NCBI GenBank assembly: GCA_949358305.1
Contig: OX442314.1
Location: forward strand, 6,014,001-6,078,000
DNA: 64,000 nucleotides
Reading direction: 5' to 3'
From: Strigamia acuminata
Taxonomy: Eukaryota
A model generated the notes under the pieces. It was not told the origin of the DNA and made no database searches. It worked only from the letters and a program-made list of their open reading frames with translations. Positions 23,672-35,428 of this stretch are shown in pieces. The number at the start of each line of letters is the position of its first letter. Positions within the stretch are counted from its first letter, which is position 1. The translations under genes were made by a program, and so were the position numbers.

Positions 23672-24275
23672 CTTTTTCGATCATTCAACACCAACATTTT
23701 ACATCGAAGGAGGGAATTGTTGGACTTTGGAACCGCTTTTCACCTAATTAAATCGTTTTTCGATGTGAAATGGCTTTAAAATGTTTATTTTATCATTTAT
23801 CGGTAATTGTTTCCATTTTCCTGGGTTATTCAGTGTTTATTTAGTGTTTTCATGCTTGTTTGTAAAGAGAATGCATGATACCGGGTTAAATGTACTCAAT
23901 ACATTAGGTTTCATGCATCCTCTATCTTGTTCTTATGTTTTTCATTATTATTGTTTATAATATCGGCCACCAGATGTCTCTGGCACATTGCAAATGGCCG
24001 CGCACACAGCCAGTGTGTTTCTCTGTGTTTTCCAATGGTTTTTGGATCAATTATGTAAGTTTTCTCGAATTAAAGTGTATTTTGTTAATTATCAGTATTA
24101 GTTTATGTGCCACACGTCTTTATAAGTGTGGCACACGCGTTTTCTGGCCCAATACAGACCCGAACTCGCGTTTACGCATCACGGCAATTTTTCCAGCTCA
24201 TGCATTGCCGTGAGCACGTTATTTTCACGCTTCCAGCACGATTTATCGTGCATTTATTGCGCCACAGAGCTACAG

Positions 24276-27200
24276 AAATATCACATCGGACCCGCAGGTC
24301 ATGCCTTGGCAGAAGCACAGATCAAAGATCGCATGCAGACCATTCCGAAGAAGGAAGAAAGAGTGACGCTGACAAGTATGCAAGTGAGAACGAAGCCGGA
24401 CATCGACATGGATTGGACGGACCTTCCGTTCAATCTGGAGGTCGAACCTCAAAAGCTACGAGTATTTCACTGCAACGTCACGAAAACGCATTGTGAGACT
24501 CTGTGTATGCTGCCAGTGGAGATAGAAAACCAAAAATTGTTCGGTCTGCTGGATTCAGGAGCGGATCGTTCATTCATATCCGAAGATATAGTGAAGGACT
24601 TGGATATTGAAAAAAAAGTGGCACAAGTGAACGCAAACGTAGAATTACTCACCGCCAACGGCTACGTCAAGCCGAAGGGCGTAGTTCGCATCATGATCGA
24701 CTGGAAAGGGGGGAACCTGTCCCACCCCTTCATAGTCCTGCCATCCCACGACAAAGTATTCCTCCTAGGGATGGATATCATGGCAAAACTGAAAATTCAG
24801 CCAAACCCGATAACCCGTTCATGGAACTGGATAAGTCCCGAGGGAGAACGGCCAGTCCCAGTAGTTCCCCAAAAATTACTGGACGAAGCCAAGGACAAAG
24901 AGGAATATGGACGAGGATTGCGAAAATTCGTCCAAGATTACGATTTCGCAGCCTTCACTCTGGAATTACAGAGGAGTAACGTCGTGGACACACTGGTCGA
25001 AGAGGCAGCACTGCGTGTTAACGAGGCATCGCTACTAAGGCGAGTGCTTCGAAAACATGAAAGGATTCTGACCAAGACACCTGGTCGAACGACGGAAGCA
25101 GTCCACGAGATAGTCTTAACCACAGACAAGCCGATTCGAGTGCCTTACAAGGGGATGAACCCCCAGAAAAGAGACATTGTGACGCAAATGTGCCAAGACA
25201 TGCTCGACAAGGGCATAGTAACGCAAGCCCTGGGCGAATACGCCATGCGGATCGTCCTAGTAATGCGTCCAGGCTCGGAACCTCGACTATGCATCGATTA
25301 TCGTCCCCTGAATGCGATAACAGTTATAGACCCGATTCAGATGCCGTCTATAGACTCGATTCTCCGGGAGCTGAGCCCATTCAAGTGGGTAGCCACCATG
25401 GACCTGTCAAAGGGGTATTGGCAAGTGGAGCTCAAACCCGAAGACAAACTGAAAACGGCTTTCTACTCCCCGATAGGAAGATTAATGTTCAACGTGATGC
25501 CGTTCGGGCTTGTAAACGCCCCGAGCACGTTCCAGAAATTGATCGAAAGCGTGTTGGGAGATATGCTTCACGACTTCGTGTGGGCGTATCTCGACGACAT
25601 CATAATAACGTCGGACACATTCGAAGAGCATATAGACCACATCGATAGAGTGGTCTCTCGCCTAGCCAAGGCGGGACTCCACATCCATCCAGGGAAGAGC
25701 AAGTTTTGCAGAAAAGAGCTTGCCTTCCTAGGATATCGAATAGGAGTCGAGGGAATCGCGATTGACCCCGAAAAGGTCAAGGCAATAAACGGATTCCCCG
25801 CCCCCGAAGATATAAAAGGTGTCCAGAGATTTATGGGCATGGTCAATTTCTTCGGCCGACTACTCGCTGGTCTGGCTGAGGTGGCCGCGCCTATAACGGA
25901 TCTCTTACGAACGGATAAAGAGTTTGAGTGGACGGTCCAGTGCGAGGCCGCATTTAGCACCATCAAGCAAATGCTGGCTGACGTCGAAAAGATGCCATTG
26001 CCGGACCTAAACCGACCGTTCGTGTTGCACACCGACGCGAGTAAAATCGGACTGGGTGCAGCCCTTCTGCAGACCCACGTGTACAACGGAATCTCGCAGG
26101 AAGTACCCTGTATGTTTATAAGCAGAAAAATACAGGGCGCGGAGAAAAATTACACGGCAACGGAACTGGAATGCCTAGCCGTAATTTGGGCAGTTCGGAA
26201 ATTTCGCGACTATCTGGAGTACACGAACTTCGAGGTTCAGACAGATCACCAGGCACTAAGCTGGTTGATGAAGCTCAAGGAACCTTCCGGCCGACTCGCA
26301 CGATGGCAACTGGAGTTAATGGCGTGCGATATAACAATTACGTACCGCCCCGGGAAGTACAATCATGTGGCCGACGCCCTCTCAAGAGCCCCAGCCTCTG
26401 ACCCCCAAGGTCCAGACGACGACGGCGAGGACGACACCCACCTCTTGTACTGCCCGACTCCACGAAGGATATGGCGTTTGCGGAAGGCGAACGAACTACC
26501 AGTGATGGAGCCCGAAGATAGAACGTTTTGTGGTTTTTGGACTCGAACATACCAGCCAGCTGGGACGAACGATCCAACACCCGAAATTCAACCTCCGCCC
26601 CCCGGAGAAACCCACAAAACACTACTACGCGCCTTCACAGCAAAAATTGAAGAAAAAACGCAATACGCTCCACCCACGAGACGTGAGTTCGTCGAACACC
26701 AGGCAGCAGACACAAAATGTCAAATTATAACGCAATATTTGCTAAACGGCGAATTTCCGGAAGGGATGACAAACCCACACCGCCGAAAGCAGTTCGCCAA
26801 AGAGGCAACGAGCTACCTCATAGACGATGAACTCCTGGTAAAATACCACCCGACGTTTCAAGACGACCTCAGCGGAGCGGGAAACTCGATTAAAGTGGTC
26901 GTACCGGCATCGCTGCACACCCGACTGTTGTGGCTGATGCACGGACACCCGCTCGCCAGCCATTCCGGCATAGCGAGAACCCTTTATCGAGTAAAACAAC
27001 TTTTCTTCTGGCCGGGCGCGCGGCAAAAGATAACGAAATTTATCCGACACTGCCCCCGGTGCCAAGCGTGTAGACCGCGAAATAAAGTAGCCAGAAACGC
27101 CATGTCTCTCGGACCCTACGCACCGTTTGACTGCTTAAGCATAGACTTGATGGGCCCCAAGCCCACAACGGGAAACAAGAACATGTATATTCTCGTAATC

Positions 27201-28337
27201 ATGGACGTGGCCACCCGATGGCCGGAGCTGTACGCCCTCGCGAAGCCCTCGGCTGAAAATATAGTCGAGTGCCTTTACGACGTGGCAATGCGATTTGGGT
27301 TTCCCAGAAAACTCATTTCGGATAACGGCCCCCAATTCCGATCAAGAATATATAAGGACTTCTGTAGAAAATTTAAGATGGATGCATCGAACACCTCCAC
27401 ATATAATCCTCAGACAAATCCAGTCGAGAGATTAAATAAAGACATAAAGTATGCGCTGACAGTATTCACCGATATTCACAATCGATGGGACGAATACCTG
27501 CGAGAAATCGCTTTCAGCATTCGCTCAACCGTGTCAAGAACACGCGAATTCTCACCGGCGTACCTAAACTTCGCCCGCGAATTAAGGATGCCATGGGACC
27601 CACGCGTTGCCGAAGCTGTTAACGTATTAGACCCATCGAGCCCACATGAGTACGTGTGCCGGTTGGAACAGACTATATCCGACACATACCAGCACATGAT
27701 GGCGCATATTTTCAACATGAGAGAGAGAATCGCAGATAAAGAAGGCGATCTCGCTTTCGCGAACTTTAAAGTGAACGATCTAGTGTGGAAGGAGGCACAC
27801 ACGTTGTCCAATGCAGCGAGGGGCATCGCCGCCGGTTTAGCCGACAAGAGGGACGGTCCCTATGTAATTGTGGCCGAACACGGCGGCAACGCATACCAGC
27901 TACGCCGCTTAGAGGACAACAAAAATTTTCAGTCGATACATGGCCGAGATTTAAGGCCATATCTGCCAGAGTTTCCCCAAGAAATCTGGCTGGAAGGTCA
28001 GACACACAGCGGCCAAGGGGGCACCGTGGTCGACACGTTCCAAAAAACAAATGAAGCTGAAAATATAGCGGAGAACGAGGATGAATTCTTCGACGCCGAA
28101 TCCCCAGCCGACGAGGCTCCAGCTCAACCGGAGCAAGCAATTTCGGAGAGGGAGGAAGCAGAAGAATGTACTTCTGAAATGGAAAATAAAAAAATCAATA
28201 ATGAGAAAAATGCCAACACATCGGAGATGAACGAGCAAGTAGAGTCACGATCTACGAGCACGTCGAAACTCAACCTTCGACCACGACGAAGCAATAATCC
28301 GTTCATTCGGGACGGCAAAGTCGTGGGGAAGAACTAA
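24276..28337 (+). CDS. pol: Pol of Gypsy A (PR-RT-RNaseH-IN), separated from gag by the Copia insertion
   Basis: LLDSGA protease; RLCIDYR, MPFGL and YLDD RT; HTDAS, ELECLA and TDHQAL RNase H; HGHPLASH..CPRC, IDLMGP, SDNG, NPVER and GPY integrase. The first ~50 codons of the listed ORF come from the Copia LTR. Confidence 0.95.
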   Translation, partial: KYHIGPAGHALAEAQIKDRMQTIPKKEERVTLTSMQVRTKPDIDMDWTDLPFNLEVEPQKLRVFHCNVTKTHCETLCMLPVEIENQKLFGLLDSGADRSFISEDIVKDLDIEKKVAQVNANVELLTANGYVKPKGVVRIMIDWKGGNLSHPFIVLPSHDKVFLLGMDIMAKLKIQPNPITRSWNWISPEGERPVPVVPQKLLDEAKDKEEYGRGLRKFVQDYDFAAFTLELQRSNVVDTLVEEAALRVNEASLLRRVLRKHERILTKTPGRTTEAVHEIVLTTDKPIRVPYKGMNPQKRDIVTQMCQDMLDKGIVTQALGEYAMRIVLVMRPGSEPRLCIDYRPLNAITVIDPIQMPSIDSILRELSPFKWVATMDLSKGYWQVELKPEDKLKTAFYSPIGRLMFNVMPFGLVNAPSTFQKLIESVLGDMLHDFVWAYLDDIIITSDTFEEHIDHIDRVVSRLAKAGLHIHPGKSKFCRKELAFLGYRIGVEGIAIDPEKVKAINGFPAPEDIKGVQRFMGMVNFFGRLLAGLAEVAAPITDLLRTDKEFEWTVQCEAAFSTIKQMLADVEKMPLPDLNRPFVLHTDASKIGLGAALLQTHVYNGISQEVPCMFISRKIQGAEKNYTATELECLAVIWAVRKFRDYLEYTNFEVQTDHQALSWLMKLKEPSGRLARWQLELMACDITITYRPGKYNHVADALSRAPASDPQGPDDDGEDDTHLLYCPTPRRIWRLRKANELPVMEPEDRTFCGFWTRTYQPAGTNDPTPEIQPPPPGETHKTLLRAFTAKIEEKTQYAPPTRREFVEHQAADTKCQIITQYLLNGEFPEGMTNPHRRKQFAKEATSYLIDDELLVKYHPTFQDDLSGAGNSIKVVVPASLHTRLLWLMHGHPLASHSGIARTLYRVKQLFFWPGARQKITKFIRHCPRCQACRPRNKVARNAMSLGPYAPFDCLSIDLMGPKPTTGNKNMYILVIMDVATRWPELYALAKPSAENIVECLYDVAMRFGFPRKLISDNGPQFRSRIYKDFCRKFKMDASNTSTYNPQTNPVERLNKDIKYALTVFTDIHNRWDEYLREIAFSIRSTVSRTREFSPAYLNFARELRMPWDPRVAEAVNVLDPSSPHEYVCRLEQTISDTYQHMMAHIFNMRERIADKEGDLAFANFKVNDLVWKEAHTLSNAARGIAAGLADKRDGPYVIVAEHGGNAYQLRRLEDNKNFQSIHGRDLRPYLPEFPQEIWLEGQTHSGQGGTVVDTFQKTNEAENIAENEDEFFDAESPADEAPAQPEQAISEREEAEECTSEMENKKINNEKNANTSEMNEQVESRSTSTSKLNLRPRRSNNPFIRDGKVVGKN

Positions 28338-28718
28338 AAATAAAAGAAAATGTGATAACATGGAGCGGAGGCCTTGTAAAATAAAAAGATTTACTTACGA
28401 GAGCTGCTGCACATGTTGAGACGCGAAAATTTGGCTAAGTCCAAACTTCGCAACGAATTGTCGCAGTCACCACTAACAGACGAGAAGTTATGACGTATCG
28501 GGCGACCACGTGACAATGAAACCACGCGGTCGACCCCGTAGCGTCATTGCCAGCACGGCGGATCTCGCAAAGTACGAGACGCGTTCGAGACCCACAATTC
28601 TCAGCGTCGATAGGCCCAGTTTCCGACTGTTTTTAACACGACGAGACGTGTTTCTTTTGCTTCTCCCCAAAGAGAAAACAAAGACCTCTCTAACAAAACT
28701 TTATTTTCCTAAATTGAA

Positions 28719-31700
28719 ATGGCCGATCGACGCAACCCACGATTAGAGCCGAGCGCATCGTCGAGAGACGAGAGCGACGGCCTAATCGTAAACGCTGAAG
28801 AAGATGAGAATTGGGACGAACAACCGCCGTTGCAGGTAAATTAGTGTGATTTCCCCAGAGAAATCACATAATTCTTTGAATCTGTTGCATCCAACCCAGA
28901 TTGGAGCGTGACTTGTGACTGATATATTTCTTTCTGTTTTATTATTGATTTAAGGCTGGCTAAAAACCCGAGAGTGGACCCAGATTCACCTCGGAGTCAA
29001 GGCCGCCAAAAAACTAGAACAAAGGAAGTGTTCGCGGAATGGCGTCGTGGCAAACCAAAACCAAAACTAAAGGTTTTCTTTCTTTTAAATTTAAACATCG
29101 TAATAAATTAAAATACGATTAGAGTTAAAATAAAAAAGTTTAACGTAAAATTAAGAATTTAACGATCGGTTCTGCCTGCGACCCCTTCCTAAAAGCGGAT
29201 CACCTGAGTTCAAAAGTAGTGTTGGATCAGCGCTACAACGGCGGAGATCATCGCAGAACTGCGAAACAAGAAAATAAGACCGACGGCCGCAACAAAAGAA
29301 AGGAGTTGCTGCCACCGTCGATCTTGAGCATATTTCTGATCCCCATCGTTAACTGGGATTTATTATATTAATCTTGTGATCTAAAATTATACAGGTTGAC
29401 CCGCTAGAATCGTGGGACGCCCTGCCTTCGACGGTGTCAACCGCCAACAACATCTTTCGCGGAGCCCTGCCGGTTTACCTGCGGCAGGCCTATCCTGCGG
29501 AGACCAGCGCCTGGAAAATCCGATTGATGTATTCCAGGACCCTCGAGGAAAAATTCGAGCGATCCAAAACGCTGGTCGAGTGCATGACGAAGGAGATGAG
29601 GGAGCGAGTGGGGCCGCGGATCCCACCCGATGCGGATCCGCCGAGCCCCGTTTACTCCGGGTATCTGGAAGAGGCTTACCCAGGCACGGTGGCCGAGCTG
29701 CACACCTCCCACAGGTGGCGCGAGGCCCCGACTTTGGCAGCCCGCCAGAGAATAGTGGACGACGAGATCGAACGCTTAAAGCGCACCGAGACTCACGGAG
29801 TAACCCGAGTTCTCGAGAGAAACGGTTTCTCCCCCGAAGAAATCCGTAGATGGCTTCGCGACATCGAAGAAGACCATTTGACACCCAGATGGATACCGCC
29901 GGCGAATTTTACGGCCACGCAGTCTGAGATGTGGCAGTTATACCACGCTGGTATCCTGGGAAGTCGCCGCCATCACAGAAGATCGAAGCGTCCGGCGGAG
30001 TCTGCCCCACGCGGACCCGCACGAAGAAGACAGGCCGTCTCCCCAATAGAGGCCGGCCCGTCAACGAGCCGCGACTACCGCAGCCGCTCGAGCAGCTCCA
30101 GTTCCCGAACTCGAGTTGTCGTGCGCTCGGAGTGTCGCCGAGTAGTAACGCTCGAGCCTGCCTCGCCAGACGACGCGCGGGCTGAGCGAACAGTCGAAAC
30201 TTCCGCCCACTGGGCCGCGAGGACCGAGACACACCAAGATCGAGGAAAGAAAAGATCCTCGTTGTTTATGGCGATTACCACACAGTTGTCAGATCAATCC
30301 TCGTCGCGACGAACCGTCTCATCACACCAGAGACCGGATTCTCCGACGGACGTCCCCCAGAGGACGGTCCAACGAAGGTCCGTCGCAGCCAACACCAGGA
30401 GGAATCGGAAGCGTAAAATACGACAGAAGATGCGTGCACAGTCTCTGATCGCTAAAGGATTGGAGAAAGAGCGAGAGATGGCCGCCGTAAAAAGGTCCGA
30501 ACCCCGAAGTCTCGGACCCACGGCTGGGCCGTCCAGGCTCCAAGCGGAGACCGATTTGGGCGAGTTGACGGAGGAACAAATGTCCCCAGATGAGTCGGAC
30601 AAAGATGGACCGGTTACAAAACAGGATTTGGCCAAAGCTCTAAAGAACGCCTTTCGAGGATACGCGGCCAACCGGCCGTCGGGATCAACCCCGACCGTGC
30701 CGACAGCGCTCGTGCCCCCACAGGTACAGGCGCGATGGCCGCCACTTCTTGAGGGCACGAATCCAGCCGTAACTGCGTGGACTCCTCCCCGGATGATTCC
30801 GGTGGGAGATCCAGCTCCGAAACGGGTCAGATACGATAATCTACCTGGGTTGGGCCGTCCACCGTCACCCCCAACGCCACGAGTGTGTCGACCTTATCGC
30901 AACGCCGAATGGTACGCACAGCGAGAGATGGACGCTCGATGCCGGCGTGAAGCGGCCTATCCTCCACTCAGCGAGCTGCAGGAATATCTGGCCGAATACG
31001 AGAACCCCGCGATTGCCGAGTTGGCCATACGACAGGCCGACGCCGCCCAAACTCACCACATCAATTGGGCGATCGAACAGATGCGGACGCTGTCACAACA
31101 ATTCAGTGACAATCCGGACCGCGCTCACCCCTGCCATCGGAGCAGTTTGAATTTGGCCGTGACGAACGTCATGGCCCAGCTGTTGTCCCTGGGCGTCTTC
31201 TTGGACAGTCGGCAGGCTATGGCGGCCTGGACAATCGTCGACCGTGAGGGAGTTCACCTTCCCCGGGCGTTGTACCAGGTATGGGCCGGATGGACTCCTG
31301 AGCCCGCCTCGCTGCGCTTCGACCTGGCCAGGAATACAGAGAACCCAGGCCTGCAGTTTTCAAAGATGCGTTCGTTGGCATTCCGCTACCGGAACCCCGG
31401 AGTCCACCCTTCCTTGTTGCGAACAATTCGGGAGGCTCCGGAGATACCGGGAACGACAGCGAGCCTCCCACAGGCCATCGAGACCGCCCCCCCAGAGGCG
31501 GCGGTCCAACCATACATACCGACCCCAAAGCCGGTATTCCCAAAGGAGAAGCGGTACGCGAATCGACCCAAATTGATTCCGAAGCGCTCCAACCGAGGAC
31601 CGCGAACTCCTCCGCTGCCCTCTCCTTCACCACCAGCGGCAGAGCTGGCCGCTCTTTCACCAGAGCCGGCTGCGCCGCCGTTGGAGAGCCCAGTGGAGAT

Positions 31701-32180
31701 TCCGCTTCCACCATCGCCTCCGCCGCCCCCAACAGCGCAGCTTTACTTGAGGTTGGGAGTGGAATACCCCTTCCTTCAGATGTCGGAGTTCACGCGACAA
31801 CGCATCATTGACTCCGATGATCACGGCGAGTCGATCCTCAAATGGCTGAACAGAGAGGCCGATCTACCATGGACGCCGTCTTCCATCGTCGAATCCTGCG
31901 GGCCCACCGGAAACCCGGATCGAGCGCCGAATCGCGAAGGATCCGGCTCGTTCCCGACCGATTCCCGGCATCCACCCGGATTTGGATCCACGAACGTACG
32001 GGGCTGATTGGCGAGCCAGTCGGCGGTCACCCGCAGTACTTCATCAACGAGCGACAGAATCCTGCGGATCTGACAACCTCTCTGCCCCCGGATTTACCAC
32101 CGCCGCCACCGGCAGTGCCGCCAGTGATCCTCCGCCCATGCAGAGGAGTGCTGCCGGCTCTTCGCAGAGGAGAGCGATAA
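28719..32180 (+). CDS. Third ORF of Gypsy A, unknown function, not Env; predicted spliced (28719-28835 + 29395-32180) with a 1-nt frameshift near 31862
   Basis: The long ORF 29434-32007 has no ATG near its 5' end. Upstream ATG exon ends CAG|GTAAAT and acceptor TACAG|GTT at 29394, both phase 0. Blocks of similarity to ORF3 of element B continue in another frame to 32180. Confidence 0.75.
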
Positions 32181-32224
32181 AATTGAGATCGCTCCGATCC
32201 GAGATCGAAGCTGGAGGAGGGACG

Positions 32225-33044
32225 TGTGGTGACCCAGTTGGATAGGTGTCCCCCCAGGGCGGATACTAGTCCTCTGAGTCACTATGATTGAAGAGTCGTT
32301 CCCCCCGAGTTGGCTCCACCTCCCCATGGCAGGTGTGTGCCCCGAGGGGGAGGAAGCGGCTGGTGGTCAGCCCCCATTGGTTGACCGCCGGCCCTTCACC
32401 CCACTGCATAAAAGGCTGTGTTTCCCGCCTAAAGTCAGAACTTACACAAACGACACCAAGAACACAGCAACTACCTCACCGTCAGGCCAACTTCAACTAC
32501 AAGTTAGGATTGATCGAGGATCGCTGAGTAAAGTGCAAACTGTAACTCTCACGAAGTCACTTGCGAGCTATTCCTGCGAAAGCACGAGAATAGCCCTTGT
32601 GAAATCACCCAGAATAATCGCCCAGACGATTATTCGCTGAAGTAAGTGTCCGAGTGCTTTGTAGGGAACCCCAAAGTTCCTAGACGAGGCCTCTGCGACG
32701 CTAAACCAAACCCTAAACAACAGGCACGGATAGAAGACTCGAAAGAGCATTCCACCGCGTCCGTGAAGACGAATCCGTGACGAATTAACGACAACTCGAG
32801 ACGCCGCCTTTGTTCCGCCGACCACGCGGAATCGACGACGCCATCTTGAGAAATCCTTTGTTCGACGCTGACCACGTCGACTCTAGAATTATTACTGAGT
32901 GTATTTTAAAGGCATAAAGCCTGGTGAATAAATTACCTGTTTATTTACATACATTTGGTATTCATTTGGGTATTTGCATAATTGATCACAGGTAAAATAT
33001 TACACGTTAGCGCCATTTAAACCTATACGAAGTAGGACGCGACA
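32225..33044 (+). repeat. 3' LTR of Gypsy A
   Basis: Direct repeat of 13384-14203, followed by TSD AACT. Confidence 0.97.
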
Positions 33045-34043
33045 AACTTTTATTTTATTTTGCCACTGTGCACCGGTAAGTACATAATTAATTATAGTGT
33101 TATTCTTACAATAAACCATTGCATAAATGATGTTAAATTGATACACTGGGAGGTTAAATCACCAAACTTTTTAATAAACCGAGTCAAGATAGAAAGAAAA
33201 TCATTTGAAGAGCAATTGCTGTATTAGAATTGCAGTTAACGTGCTGGGACTAAAATTAAATGGAGAGAATCCTCAGACAAGTGCATCTAGTGTTATTTTT
33301 AAAATAATGATTTTTGGCCGTGCGTGTCAAATTAACCATTTGTATTGATTGAATACATATTTTTGTGTAATTGGGACATGAAAGATTTAAAATGTCCGTA
33401 TAAGGATAGCGTCAACGAGTAGTATTTAGAACCTCATTTTGAGTGCGAATTGACAATCCACATCCTGCTTCTTATACCAATTACAACTGTTTAAAATCCA
33501 AATGTAGAGAGACAGCAATGACATTCCCAAACCTAATCCTATAATGCTGCCCACATCGCTTAATAATTGCGATACTGGATAAGCCTGTTTTTCTTCTATA
33601 GTCTCTGTTAAAGTGTTGGCAAATGCAACACCTAGCACTGTAATATGAGCATATTTCAAATCACCAATGTTAAAAATAATTCGGTAATAGGTATTTTCAC
33701 AAGGAGGTTTACATTTGCATTGTTTTTGATTTGCGTTAAAATTGTTAAAGTAGATTAAATGAGCGTTAGTAACGTCCTTTGAAGTGTTGCAAAATGGCAA
33801 ATTCGGTTGTTCTATGTACGGCAATCTGAAATAAACAATAGTTGGGTATGAAATGTTGACCATTAATTAATTAATTAATTTTAATTAGCGTGCATTCACA
33901 ACTAAAAGATTCTGTATGTCTCGCTGGTTGCGATGGGAATGAAGTGTCGTAAAAACACAAAAGCTTCCATACTGCAATGTTTGGATTTGGATTTGTTTGT
34001 AATAAGTGAGGTTAAGTGTTTAGCTTCACTTTGCTACGATATA

Positions 34044-34480
34044 CAGGGTGGTAAAAAAGTCTGTAACTTTACTAAATATTTCTGAACGTGCTGACAATGC
34101 ATCTAATTCAATGATGGTAAAGTATCAAAGTTGGGTGGGGCAATTTTTCGGTGACCCAAAATTTGATCTTCGGATGTTCCATCAAGGTCATTGGAAAATT
34201 ATCGTGGAAACTATTAGACATAGACAGAAATTTCCAATTGTAAACTTGAAACTTGAAACTTGAAACTTGTAAACTTGAAAAAATGACTACTTCTTAAATC
34301 TTTAGGTTGCAATTTTTAAAGTACCAGTAGACACAAGATGGAACATTGCAAGGTCAAATTTTGGGTCAGCAAAAAATTGCCCCACCCGACTTTAATACTT
34401 TACCATCATTGAATTAGATGCATTGTCAGCACTTTCAGAAAAACTTATTTAGTAGAGTTACAGACCTTTTTACCACCCTG
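34044..34480. mobile_element. Foldback MITE, Tc1/mariner-type CAGGGTG termini, intronic
   Basis: ~150-bp inverted arms (CAGGGTGGTAAAAAAGTCTGTAAC.../...GTTACAGACCTTTTTACCACCCTG). TA on the left, AA on the right. Central (AAACTTG)n. Confidence 0.85.
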
Positions 34481-35428
34481 AATAATCAAGCGGTAAGACC
34501 AATATACTGTATATCGAAGCTGAGTGTGTCATTACGCGTCATTATGTTGGCACTGTCATTGAGTCCGTCGTGCAAAGCTAATTGATAAAATCGGAGGTGG
34601 AGTAAAGAATTGAAAAATCTGAAATACCTGCAGTTAACATTTTGGAATAAATTGTTTTGGATACAGGCCTTTTTGCACTTGAAATGAGCAGTTTAATTTT
34701 TTTCACATGGATTATGCTTCGTATTTCTCCGTATAGTCTATATTGTTAAATTAAAGTTGGTTAGCATAATCACACAACATAATTTGTTTAATTTGTTACC
34801 TTGACTACTCTAAGTCCAACAATATTCATCAATTCATAGTGTAAATATAAAGGTGCCAAAATGTTGACTTCATCTTCCGGGTCATTTAAGAATAGCTGTG
34901 TACAGTAGTTCTTTGATTAAGAGTCGCCCTCAAATAATAGCGGGGGCTATAACTTCGAGGGTGCCTACAATTCCAGGCTATTATTCCGACTACATTTATT
35001 TGCAAACCCACGTACCGCAAAGTCAGAAATTTAAAAAAAAATAAGGTTTAACTTCTTTTTTTTTTAATTTGCGCAACTTGTATAAACATACAGGCTATGG
35101 CAGTGGTTCCCAAAATCGAAGAAATGCTGTATTATTTTATTTGCGTTCCTTCCAGTCATCGACGACAAAAGGAAAAGGAAACAATAATTTTGTTGCCATG
35201 TGTCAATTTGTGTTTTTATTTTTGTGTACGGGGATTTGCAGAATTGATGCGCCCTAAATATTTAATCCCACCTTTAGCTGCGGGTGGCATATTTTGGGAG
35301 CTCGAATAAAAAACCCAATTGCAGTGGAAATATCTAAGTGCGAAGTTTCGTCTGAAAAGTGAGAATCAATTTTCAGTTGCATCCAGGGATAAAAGTAAAA
35401 CAAAATGTCATTGCAACGTTATCAAAAT

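Larger units (their letters stand above)
17484..24274 (+). mobile_element. Ty1/Copia LTR retrotransposon, intact, MBD-encoding
   Basis: 557-bp LTRs at 17484-18040 and 23718-24274 (no differences seen). 5-bp TSD GAAAT. tRNA-iMet PBS TGGTAGCAGAGG at 18043. PPT GAAGGAGGGAA. Single ORF in Gag-PR-IN-RT-RH order. Confidence 0.97.
13384..33044 (+). mobile_element. Ty3/Gypsy LTR retrotransposon A (gag, pol, third ORF), interrupted by a Copia insertion
   Basis: 820-bp TG...CA LTRs at 13384-14203 and 32225-33044, with 4 differences seen by eye. 4-bp TSD AACT. PBS at 14206. Purine-rich tract GAAGCTGGAGGAGGGACG before the 3' LTR. Pol order is PR-RT-RH-IN. Confidence 0.97.

Noticed and set aside
24126..24275. 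N-terminal extension of Pol A (MWHTRFLAQ...)
   Set aside because: It is Copia 3' LTR sequence that happens to be in frame, with a GTG start.
29434..32007. Calling ORF3 an envelope gene because of its position
   Set aside because: No signal peptide, TM anchor or fusion-peptide-like segment in either element.
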